Origin: a virus
Taxonomy: Duplodnaviria; Caudoviricetes
Virus record (IMG/VR): IMGVR_UViG_3300022895_000239
Coordinates: 1 to 41,679 of that record
Strand: one strand, 5' to 3'
Length of the DNA: 41,679 bases
The position numbers and the translations under genes are program-made. Numbering within the stretch: the stretch's first letter is position 1; every line of letters begins with the position of its first letter. Of this stretch, positions 19,740 through 28,310 are shown piece by piece. The notes under the pieces were generated by a model, which had not been told where the DNA came from, searched no databases, and was given only the letters and a program-made list of their open reading frames with translations.

Positions 19740-20360
19740 CTACTTATTTAACAGACCCATCAGGTAATCCATGTTCAGATCGAGACCGCTCTCGTCCACC
19801 TTCAGCCCGCCGTCTGGTTTGCAAACAATGCGCACCCCCTGGCTGTCCGTTTTCAGCGCCTGCTGGTCAGCGTTAAGATGCAGGTCATTGTCCCGCAGCA
19901 ACAGCCCCCCCATGCTGGAAACGGCGAGCGCCACCTGATTCGTGTCCTGGGTGGGCCTAACCAGTCCGCCTTTCTCCTTTATCTGCACTGCAAGCCCATT
20001 TGCTGTAATCTTCAGGATGTCCGAATTCATCACCTTCAGACCTAGCTTTTTTTCCCCATCCAGCGAGGGGGGGCTTAGGGTGGTGCCATCAACATTTAAC
20101 ACCAGAGGCCCGCCTTCACAGGACAGGCCCCCCCCGACGGCACAATGGATGGACAACGGCGCTACCGGTTGGTTATCCGAATCATCGCCGCCCCCCTCCA
20201 GACCCGCTTCCTTGCTGGCGCGCAGGGGGGTGTCCGCACGATTGATAAGCCTTGCAAACTCCCCCTCACCTGGGACACACCAGGCTTTGAAACTTTTTGT
20301 GAGGTCTGCATCTGCGCCTGTTTTCGCGTATGCCGCTTTTTTAATAGCATCATCGGCCAT
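19740..20360 (-). CDS. Short tail-fibre protein (Afp13-like anchor plus shaft repeats, no head)
   Basis: LTKSFKAWCVPGEGEFARLINRAD anchor and GGL-x-V shaft repeats to the end. AGGAG RBS before the ATG at 20360. Confidence 0.8.
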   Translation of the reverse strand: MADDAIKKAAYAKTGADADLTKSFKAWCVPGEGEFARLINRADTPLRASKEAGLEGGGDDSDNQPVAPLSIHCAVGGGLSCEGGPLVLNVDGTTLSPPSLDGEKKLGLKVMNSDILKITANGLAVQIKEKGGLVRPTQDTNQVALAVSSMGGLLLRDNDLHLNADQQALKTDSQGVRIVCKPDGGLKVDESGLDLNMDYLMGLLNK

Positions 20361-20365
20361 GGTAA

Positions 20366-23300
20366 TCACTCCTGAGCCTTTGCCACACCAGGTGTTGGTG
20401 GTTTTGTGGGTGGTGGTGTTGGTTCAACGTAAATGACTGCAAGTGACTGCAGGATCTGACGTTTCTGTTGCAGGTCTTCAGTACCGTGGACGGCCTCTAT
20501 TGCGTTTGTCTTTTCATTATCGGAGGCCACGTGCGAAGAACCAATTCCGCTGCGCTCGTCAACAGGACGTTCACCGATACCCAACTTTTTCAGCAGCAGA
20601 TAAGACTGGTCTCCCACCGGCCGTCCTTTGTTCTGCCAGTTCAGGTATTGCCCGGCAAAATCGTCGAACTCTTTAATCCAGTGCATCTGCAGGTTGAGAT
20701 GGCTGGGCATCTCCTCACGAACGATGCTTTCAATCCACTGACTCAGTTCAGCCGGATTGTTACCGTGTTCGAGCAGCGTGCGGTCCAGCACCACACTTAA
20801 GGTAAACGCGAAATTTTCACTGTCATAGGGCAACGACCATGCGTAGCTGTCTGAGCTGGAGAGGTCCAGCTTATCCCAGTCAAAATGCTGATCCCCGGTA
20901 GCAGAATTCAGGTCTACTGGCTTAACACCTTTCCGCTGCTCCGGGGTTGCAGCAACGTTGCCTTTTCCGTCCAGAAATACCGGTTGGGCATTCCTCTTCC
21001 ACTCCACCTCCACCGTACCCAGAATCGGATCGACCTTCGTCACTTCAACAATAATGTCCGGTTTATCCCGGTTACTGGCGTCAGGCTGGAGATCGTGAGT
21101 ACTTGGCTGAAAAAGCCAGCGCCCCTGCGGCCGTAGCGCAAATTGGGTATTCACTTTCAACCCGGCAGGAAAGGCGCTCTTCACCGTCAGTACGGCCTTA
21201 TTTGAATCACCGTCGGTCTTTTTCGAATCACCATCGGCCTTTTTCGGATCATCCTTGACCTTTTCCAGTTTGAAGTCCTTATAGACCACCGGTTTCAGCC
21301 AGGTCTGCGACACACGCCATTTCCATGTGTTTTTAGTGTCTTCAAACAAATTTTTGCTGTCCCGGAGACGCCGGTTGTCATCCAGGTCGATGTAAAGCGC
21401 ATTATCTGAGTCAGTCTTATAAAACACGACCCCCATAAACGGGTCAGCGCTCTCAGCTCCCGCGTTTTCAATATCAATCAGCTGACCCACTGCTGGCGCT
21501 TTACCCTTGAGATTTAATTTCAGTACTGTCTTTCCTGCTTTCTGAGTCTCGTGGTCTTCATTAACCAGTCCAGCCCTGGACACGTCAAACCAGCCCTTAT
21601 CGTCTTTTGCCCCACCTGTTCCATCCTGGACAGTGCCCGGCATTTTTGGCAATAGCTCCTGGTGTTCCACCAGATAGAAAGGCAGCGTCTCAGCCGGGAA
21701 AGTATTCGGATATTGCTGTTCATCATTGCCTGACTGCGGCGATTCACCATTAACCGGACGCTGCCATTTCTCATCAAAAAGCGTTCTTCCCACCCCAATA
21801 CGGGCGGCGATTTTACGCTGTAGTGCGGAAATTTTGCTGATGCTGATAGCGGCGCGGTCATAGGCCAGACGCGTCACCTGGCGTAAAAACCCCTGCTGGA
21901 TGACGATAAAATCTTTCTGGTCTTTCAGCAGAATGTCACCGGCTGCTCGCGTTTCATTGAAATAGCCCAGCAGATAATCGAGGATAGCCAGCTCTTTTTC
22001 CGGGTCCTGCATCTGATCGAGGCTAACATTCACAAGCGCGCCAATGGTGTCATGGTATTTCTGCGGTAACAGGGCGTTACTCTGCTCAGCCGTCAGCGGA
22101 TCCTCCGCTACATACGGCCAGTAGGACGCGCCCCACACAAATCCTTCCGGCTGACGCCCGTCGAATCCCAGTAGCGAAGGCAGCATGCCAAGCTGGTAGG
22201 CGCTGTTCGCCAGCTGTTGTTCAAAGGTACGCAAAAATAACAGCAGATTCTGCGCATTTTTGTCTCCACCTTTCCCGAAAGCCTCTGCCCCCTGCTGTAA
22301 CCCGTACACCGGGGGCAGGGTCGTGCCCACGCTGCGATAAAAGCCCGGATTTCGATAGCGTCCATACGGCACGCTGCGCGTATCGTCGGGCGTGGCCAGA
22401 CAGGTCTCGGCCTGGTGGCGCCCATAGGCATCCTGAATGGCTGTTACATCCGTTGTAGTCAGCTGGATGTTCTGACCGCGCTTGTAGATGCTGACCGATG
22501 TAGTAAATTGAGGGTCGAGTTTTTTTTCAACGTCAGGCGCAGTGACGTCCTTCGTATCAGGTTTGGGGGCCGGTGATAGCCAGAACTGCAACTGCATATT
22601 GTCATTCACCGTATGGTTATCCTTTTCCCACTGGACCCTGATAACCCCGGACACGTTGCCCAGCACCGCCGCCGACAAACTCTGACTCGTGACAACATAC
22701 GCGTTTAACTTGTCTGCATTCGTCTCGCGCTCAGGTGGCAGCCGCACCGCCCAGCCATATTTCAGATTTGGACCGCTATACACCTGCTCCGCCACCTCGC
22801 CTGCGGCAAGGCGCACGGCGGCGTTTCTGCGTTCTGTCGGCGGCATCAGGGTTTGATTGATTTCCCACAGGGCGTCGGCTATCACCTGAATGATGCGCCC
22901 GGCTGGCAGGTCATCGTTCAGCGTCAGGCTGACTTTGGGTTCCGCCCTTTCCACGTCAATAAACTGCACATCCTGAATTTCCCATTCGCACAGGTTACGG
23001 TGCGCCTGCAGCCACGGCTTTAATTCAAGATTTGCTTTATCTTGTGTGACGCCGGGATTTAACGTCAGCCACAAGCGGTAGCCCCCTGACACCGAGTAGT
23101 CTTTTAAGCCTTTCTTCGCTTCTTCAGAAACTTTCTTTTCGTATTGAGTAGCGTTCTTTCCCTCACTGGATCTGAACTCAAAAGCATAGTTTTTCTCGTT
23201 ATAGGCGTACTGGTAGCTTTCTTCTGGCGCCAGCTGTGCAATCTGCACATCGCGGAAACAAAAACGGTGCGATTTGTCAGCATCCATGATCACTGTCAGG

Positions 23301-23671
23301 TCCAGCAGCCCACGACGGTAATCTTCCAGCGTTACCGGACTGCTGGTGAGTGCCCATTCTGGCCCAAACTCCGGGGCAAAAATTCCCTTGCTGTGATCAA
23401 GGCTGGTTACAATCTGGGTGTCAGGAGTATGATGATGCGTCAACAAATCCACCAGCGGCAGGGTGTGGCGGTAACTGATGTCTGAGACACCATAGGTAAA
23501 GGCCTGCATCAGCGTGATGCCCGGGTCGGCGTCACCGCGCGCTGTCCAGCGCTTACCGGCGTACAGCGACAGCGCGTCCTGGGCGGTGGCCCAGAGGGTG
23601 TCATAGTGGATCTGTTCCTGCACGTCATCGCTCACCGGCGTGACGGCGAGCGGCGTTCTGTTGTCAGCCAT
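20366..23671 (-). CDS. Afp12/Pvc12-like baseplate wedge protein
   Basis: WTARGDADPGITLMQAFTYGVSDISYR, PVTLEDYRR, HRNLCE, LDYLLGYF, FYLVEHQELLP, IVREEMPSHL. Confidence 0.9.
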   Translation of the reverse strand: MADNRTPLAVTPVSDDVQEQIHYDTLWATAQDALSLYAGKRWTARGDADPGITLMQAFTYGVSDISYRHTLPLVDLLTHHHTPDTQIVTSLDHSKGIFAPEFGPEWALTSSPVTLEDYRRGLLDLTVIMDADKSHRFCFRDVQIAQLAPEESYQYAYNEKNYAFEFRSSEGKNATQYEKKVSEEAKKGLKDYSVSGGYRLWLTLNPGVTQDKANLELKPWLQAHRNLCEWEIQDVQFIDVERAEPKVSLTLNDDLPAGRIIQVIADALWEINQTLMPPTERRNAAVRLAAGEVAEQVYSGPNLKYGWAVRLPPERETNADKLNAYVVTSQSLSAAVLGNVSGVIRVQWEKDNHTVNDNMQLQFWLSPAPKPDTKDVTAPDVEKKLDPQFTTSVSIYKRGQNIQLTTTDVTAIQDAYGRHQAETCLATPDDTRSVPYGRYRNPGFYRSVGTTLPPVYGLQQGAEAFGKGGDKNAQNLLLFLRTFEQQLANSAYQLGMLPSLLGFDGRQPEGFVWGASYWPYVAEDPLTAEQSNALLPQKYHDTIGALVNVSLDQMQDPEKELAILDYLLGYFNETRAAGDILLKDQKDFIVIQQGFLRQVTRLAYDRAAISISKISALQRKIAARIGVGRTLFDEKWQRPVNGESPQSGNDEQQYPNTFPAETLPFYLVEHQELLPKMPGTVQDGTGGAKDDKGWFDVSRAGLVNEDHETQKAGKTVLKLNLKGKAPAVGQLIDIENAGAESADPFMGVVFYKTDSDNALYIDLDDNRRLRDSKNLFEDTKNTWKWRVSQTWLKPVVYKDFKLEKVKDDPKKADGDSKKTDGDSNKAVLTVKSAFPAGLKVNTQFALRPQGRWLFQPSTHDLQPDASNRDKPDIIVEVTKVDPILGTVEVEWKRNAQPVFLDGKGNVAATPEQRKGVKPVDLNSATGDQHFDWDKLDLSSSDSYAWSLPYDSENFAFTLSVVLDRTLLEHGNNPAELSQWIESIVREEMPSHLNLQMHWIKEFDDFAGQYLNWQNKGRPVGDQSYLLLKKLGIGERPVDERSGIGSSHVASDNEKTNAIEAVHGTEDLQQKRQILQSLAVIYVEPTPPPTKPPTPGVAKAQE

Positions 23672-26600
23672 GATGTTTTTCTCCCGATGCCGTTACATTC
23701 AGGGTGATACGTTGTCCCGCTGCTGCCGAATAAAGCGTGACGTCCGGGATGTCTTTTACTTTCAGGCTCAGCGCCAGGCCGAGGTGGTAGACACCGCAGG
23801 TGCCGGCACCCGCAGTGACTGTAAATTTCCCATGGTGCACACTTTCACCGGATTCAGTCTTGTCAAGGGTAATGTCCTTAATTTTCAACCTTAACCCGGT
23901 TCCACTGGCCTTCTCAGTCAAGGGCTGTCCGCTGTCCAGATCGACCAGACTCACGTCTGTCTTCGCTGTAGCAATCGGTACCTCACCCAGCCCGTAAACC
24001 TCATCGGGATAGGTGACCCACACCTCTGCTTCTGCCGCGTTCACACTCATCAACGTCTTTTCCTCCCGCAGAGAACAGGACGCGTTATTGTCGTTATTCC
24101 ACATCAGCGTCAGCCCGTTATATTCCAGTGGCACGCAGTTCAGCACCGCCACCTGGTTCGGCTGGAGATTAAGGCCGGCGGTCTTTGAACCGTTCAGGTA
24201 AACCTGTTCGATACTTTTCACGCCCGGCACGCGGCGCAGCACATCCTGCACCGTGCTGTGGTCGATTTGACGGCCAATCACCGCCGTTCCCACGTCATCA
24301 TCCGGGGCCAGCCACGGCATAAACGCCTGTTCCAGCGCGCTGCGCGCTGCGGCATCCACCGTGGTACGGCTTACTCCGGTTTCACAGGTGATCTGCCAGC
24401 TGACGTTAAGCGGAACATAGTCGGGGTTGACGCAGTCAAGTCCCAGCCACGGTGAGGCAATGGCTTTGATCTCGTCCGCCATGCGGCTCAGACGCTGCTG
24501 ACTCAGTGCGGGGCGGCGCCGGTCTTCGCTGTCATTCAGTTCAGCCCCCGGCATCACCACCACGGATTGCTTCAGCGCGTGGGAATTCACATTGCGCTCA
24601 GGGGGCTGTACCGCCAGTTCACGAAGGCCTGCATGGCGTTCCTGCAGCAGCGACTGGATATCGTTATTATTAAGCGCACGTTCGCGGTGGCGCAGCCGAC
24701 GCGCTACGCGGGCTTCGAATACGTCAGTCGTCTCCGCCGGCAGCCCGCCAGATGACGGCCAGGGTTGCTCCACCGTCTGCAGGCTGGCCGGCGCGTCCAG
24801 CGCCTGGATAATCCGCCCTGCGGGTAGCCCGGTGATAAAGTGATCGGGCTGGACATCCTGCGCATTCTGAAGGGTTGCCCTGACAGCATTGGTCACCACC
24901 CCACTCAGCCAGGGCGTGACCGGCAGCGTGGCCTGTTCTGGCGCCCGGTCACTCAGTTTTGCCAACCGGCCGCGCAGCCACATCCGGCCTGCCGGCATAC
25001 TGCGCGCCGTGCGGCTGGCATCGCCGGGCCACTCTCCGGCCATGCTGCCGCTAACGCCAAATTCGTTGGTTTCATCGCTCAAGGGTAGACGCGCCCATCG
25101 CTCCCCTGGCGCCAGATACTGCCACTCCATCCCCGTCAGACTCTGTGGGCTGCGCAGCTGCCAGTGCAGCGTCAGCAGCTGGCCCGGTTCAATACCCTCC
25201 ACGCCCAGATAGAGTTCAGCGTCCGCCGCCGGCTGCGCCAGCGCGTCATCCTGCGGCGCATAGCCGAACGGCGTGATCACCTGCTGCTGCGGGCACGCTT
25301 CCTGCGCGCAGTAGCCGACGCTGACAGCGGACCACTGCGGCAGGTAGGGCGGGTTCCACTGCGCCCTGGGGACCAGAACGGGGACGGGTGTGGTGGTTGT
25401 CGAAAAGGTTTTTTGCATGGCCGGCATCATGATGGTTTTGCCGTTAGCATCCTTTGCTTGTGACGGCACCATTTTATAGACCCACGTATCCTTGTCTCCA
25501 CCGCCCTGAGTTTCACTGCTGTTAACACTGCTGGTAGTACTGTTTTTATCACTGCCGGGGGGTTCCAGTATCGGCTCCTGCTGGGGCGTCACCTCTTCGG
25601 TTATAAAGGTGACGACCTGAGGCGGCGTGGCCTGATGTTCTGCATACGCCTGCTGCAGGAAATCTTTCTGCAGCGATAATCGTAAGTACCATGGCCACTT
25701 CGCCGGATCGTCACTGTCCGGCGGGGTTGTGCCCGTGCTGGCGATGATGTCTTTGATATTGATTTCTAACGCGGTCCCCACAGGGGCAGTTTTCAGATCC
25801 TCGTTAGCATTGAATAACGCTAATGAATCGGATTTCAGCTTGTTGACGATTCCACCTGCCTTCACAGCTGTCACGTTTACGGTGAAATCCTTATCCGATT
25901 TGGGAGCAGCGCTGTAACCAGGATCGCTTTCGATGAGTTTCGCCACCTCAGCACTGCTATCTTTTGTAACGTTTTTCGCACGCCCGGAGGTAAAGCTCTT
26001 TACGTCACTCGCGGTCTTGCCAACGTTCGAATCCCGTGTCACGTTGAGGTCCTTATCCAGCAGCAGCCAGTCGGTGCCCTTTTGCGTGGGATCGGGACCG
26101 TATAGCGCCCTGAAAGATTTATCCTTAGGCAATCCCGCCCAGACCGGCGTTACCGTCACGCTCTTCATCCGGGGGCCCAGCCGCAGCCACTCTGCTGACA
26201 TCAGGTTTACGCCGCTGTTGACCGCCGGCATCGCGCCAAACGGCAGACCACCGTCCGTCAGCGCGTTACCCTCATCATCGGCGCACAGCACGCCTGCGGC
26301 CCCGGTTACCGTCACTTCCAGATTGATTACCCGCGGCAGCGGGCCAGCGCCGTCAGAGGTCAGGCGCAACAGCGGTGCCCTGGATGTCAGACCGTCCAGG
26401 TTCGTCACCGCCGACGGGATGCCGCCAGCGGCGTCAAGCGTTAACTTCCGCGTCGCCATCGCCTCCTGTACCGGAGTGACATCCAGTTCAACCCAGGCCT
26501 CATCCATCGAGATAGCCGCCTGTAGCGTGCCTGTAACCGGCTGATCAAACGTCACCGTCCAGCAGCGCTGCCCGCCGCTGATGGCCAGCAGCGATGACTC

Positions 26601-27374
26601 CAGGATACGTCCGCTGTACAGGGCGCGGTCCGCATCGGCTCGCGGTGGCTGGCCCGGCCGGGCCGGTGAGGGCGCAAACAGCCTGACGCCCCCGGCAGGC
26701 CAGGTAACACCGGCACTTTCATCCAGCAATACGCGCGCCCGGCGGCCCCCGGGCACACAGCCATCCCGCACCACCCAGCGCAGGTCAGTGATGCGCGAGG
26801 CATTGACCGACAGCGGCTGAGTCAGGGCGTAGCGCAACGGCGTACCGGCGCTGTCCTGCCCGGCGTCGAGCGCCAGTCCCGCCGGCAGCAGCTGCTCGGG
26901 CGCCCCGTCTGCCAGGATAAAGCGGGCGGTCAGCTGGTCCGGCTCGGCACCGCGCGGCTTCAGCGCCAGCATCTCCCTGTAATAGAGCGTTTTGTAGCGG
27001 GCCGGCAGCTGATTGAGCAGCGCCCGCGGGGTTTCAAGCAGGCCCAGCAGCGTGAGCAGGAACGCCTGTTCCGGTGGTAGCTGGCCGTCAGCGTTGTCCG
27101 GCAGGGTGTAGTCTCTGGCCAGCCGGTCGCGCAGGGTCTGCCAGGCCTCTGAAAGGGATTCTCCAGGGGTTCCTTTACCCGCTTCATACCCCAGAATCGC
27201 CTGCGCCCAGTTTGGCTCTACCAGGGTATGCAGTTTAGTGGTGTCATTTCCTTCTTCATTCGTATGCGGAATAAACGGCAGGTACTGGCTGTAAGTGCGG
27301 AACCCGTCCAGCCTTTTTTCAATTGACCGGTCATCCAGGACGAATGCCGCCGGTGCGTTATTTTTTGCCGCCAT
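23664..27374 (-). CDS. Afp11/Pvc11-like baseplate J-type protein
   Basis: LYYREMLALKPRGAEPD, ALDAGQDSAG, DETNEFGVSG, FEARVARRLRHRERAL, CVNPDYV, AFMPW. Confidence 0.9.
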   Translation of the reverse strand: MAAKNNAPAAFVLDDRSIEKRLDGFRTYSQYLPFIPHTNEEGNDTTKLHTLVEPNWAQAILGYEAGKGTPGESLSEAWQTLRDRLARDYTLPDNADGQLPPEQAFLLTLLGLLETPRALLNQLPARYKTLYYREMLALKPRGAEPDQLTARFILADGAPEQLLPAGLALDAGQDSAGTPLRYALTQPLSVNASRITDLRWVVRDGCVPGGRRARVLLDESAGVTWPAGGVRLFAPSPARPGQPPRADADRALYSGRILESSLLAISGGQRCWTVTFDQPVTGTLQAAISMDEAWVELDVTPVQEAMATRKLTLDAAGGIPSAVTNLDGLTSRAPLLRLTSDGAGPLPRVINLEVTVTGAAGVLCADDEGNALTDGGLPFGAMPAVNSGVNLMSAEWLRLGPRMKSVTVTPVWAGLPKDKSFRALYGPDPTQKGTDWLLLDKDLNVTRDSNVGKTASDVKSFTSGRAKNVTKDSSAEVAKLIESDPGYSAAPKSDKDFTVNVTAVKAGGIVNKLKSDSLALFNANEDLKTAPVGTALEINIKDIIASTGTTPPDSDDPAKWPWYLRLSLQKDFLQQAYAEHQATPPQVVTFITEEVTPQQEPILEPPGSDKNSTTSSVNSSETQGGGDKDTWVYKMVPSQAKDANGKTIMMPAMQKTFSTTTTPVPVLVPRAQWNPPYLPQWSAVSVGYCAQEACPQQQVITPFGYAPQDDALAQPAADAELYLGVEGIEPGQLLTLHWQLRSPQSLTGMEWQYLAPGERWARLPLSDETNEFGVSGSMAGEWPGDASRTARSMPAGRMWLRGRLAKLSDRAPEQATLPVTPWLSGVVTNAVRATLQNAQDVQPDHFITGLPAGRIIQALDAPASLQTVEQPWPSSGGLPAETTDVFEARVARRLRHRERALNNNDIQSLLQERHAGLRELAVQPPERNVNSHALKQSVVVMPGAELNDSEDRRRPALSQQRLSRMADEIKAIASPWLGLDCVNPDYVPLNVSWQITCETGVSRTTVDAAARSALEQAFMPWLAPDDDVGTAVIGRQIDHSTVQDVLRRVPGVKSIEQVYLNGSKTAGLNLQPNQVAVLNCVPLEYNGLTLMWNNDNNASCSLREEKTLMSVNAAEAEVWVTYPDEVYGLGEVPIATAKTDVSLVDLDSGQPLTEKASGTGLRLKIKDITLDKTESGESVHHGKFTVTAGAGTCGVYHLGLALSLKVKDIPDVTLYSAAAGQRITLNVTASGEKHHG

Positions 27375-27419
27375 GGCTGTTATCCTCTTCTCAGTGCGGT
27401 GGGATGATTCACTGCCCCA

Positions 27420-27848
27420 TCAGCTCGCGTTGACCTTGAACTGCGTCACGATAAAACGGCCCTTGATCGGCGTGGGTGCCCCTACCGTGGGGTCCGGTGT
27501 CCCGCTGGTCGGGTCGGTTGCGGGCGCCGTCGGAATAAACATGGCCTGACATTGCCCTCCCTTGAGCAGCAGTGGCGGACCACTTAAGGTTTTTTTGGCT
27601 GTCTGATCCGGCATTGCCATCACCATCTGTACCATCCCCACGCCGGGTAGTGAGAAATTGCCCGCCGTGTACGGTACGCCCGGAATGACCACTTTGGCCA
27701 AATCGCTGATAACGCAAACCGGCTTACCGTTGATCATCGCCCGCCCGGAGCCGGCCAGCGTCGTTTGCGCGGGGGCCAGCAGCGTGCGGTTAGCTGAAGT
27801 GGGTTCAAACATCACCATATCGCCCGTTGCCACGACTAAATCGCCCAT
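27420..27848 (-). CDS. Afp10/Pvc10-like PAAR-related spike tip
   Basis: GSGRAMINGKPVCVISD...PYTAGNFSLPGVG...GRFIVTQFKVNAS. It follows the gp25-like gene. Confidence 0.85.
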   Translation of the reverse strand: MGDLVVATGDMVMFEPTSANRTLLAPAQTTLAGSGRAMINGKPVCVISDLAKVVIPGVPYTAGNFSLPGVGMVQMVMAMPDQTAKKTLSGPPLLLKGGQCQAMFIPTAPATDPTSGTPDPTVGAPTPIKGRFIVTQFKVNAS

Positions 27849-28282
27849 GCGGTTCCTCCCCCTTCCAGTACGTTAAGCTGACCGCTAATCTGCCTGGACT
27901 GCCCGGACAGGTGGTAGGTCACCGTAATGTTTAAGGTGCTGTGTTGCGTGCTGTCTTTCTCTACCCTGACCGCGACGTTCTCTGCTCGCGGTTCATAACG
28001 CGCCACGCCCTCGGCGATCCGGGTCTGCAGCGCTGCCAGCGGACCTTCTGCAAGGCTTGCAAACATCGATGACTGCAAGTCACACCCCCAGGAGGGCAGC
28101 ATCATGCGTTCGCCTGGCTGTGTGCTGAACAGCAGCTTCAGGCTCTGCCTGACGTTATCGCTACCCGCCGACATCTGCAGGCTGCTTTCAGCGTGATTAC
28201 CCATTGCAGGCGTGCTGAAGCTGACAGGAAACTGCCAGCCGGTGCCGTACAGTTGCGTTAAGGGATCGTTGTCATTGTTCAT
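27836..28282 (-). CDS. Afp9/Pvc9-like gp25 baseplate/sheath initiator
   Basis: YGTGWQFPVSF, VRQSLKLLFSTQPGERMMLPSWGCDL, ARYEPRA. Confidence 0.92.
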   Translation of the reverse strand: MNNDNDPLTQLYGTGWQFPVSFSTPAMGNHAESSLQMSAGSDNVRQSLKLLFSTQPGERMMLPSWGCDLQSSMFASLAEGPLAALQTRIAEGVARYEPRAENVAVRVEKDSTQHSTLNITVTYHLSGQSRQISGQLNVLEGGGTAWAI

Positions 28283-28310
28283 CTTCTGCTCCCGCTATTT
28301 CCCGCGCTGC

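Noticed and set aside
16617-19740. Canonical DGR (TR/VR pair plus avd)
   Set aside because: By eye I found no second copy of the fibre 3' end and no avd-like ORF in the window. The intergenic gaps are too short. A remote TR cannot be excluded.
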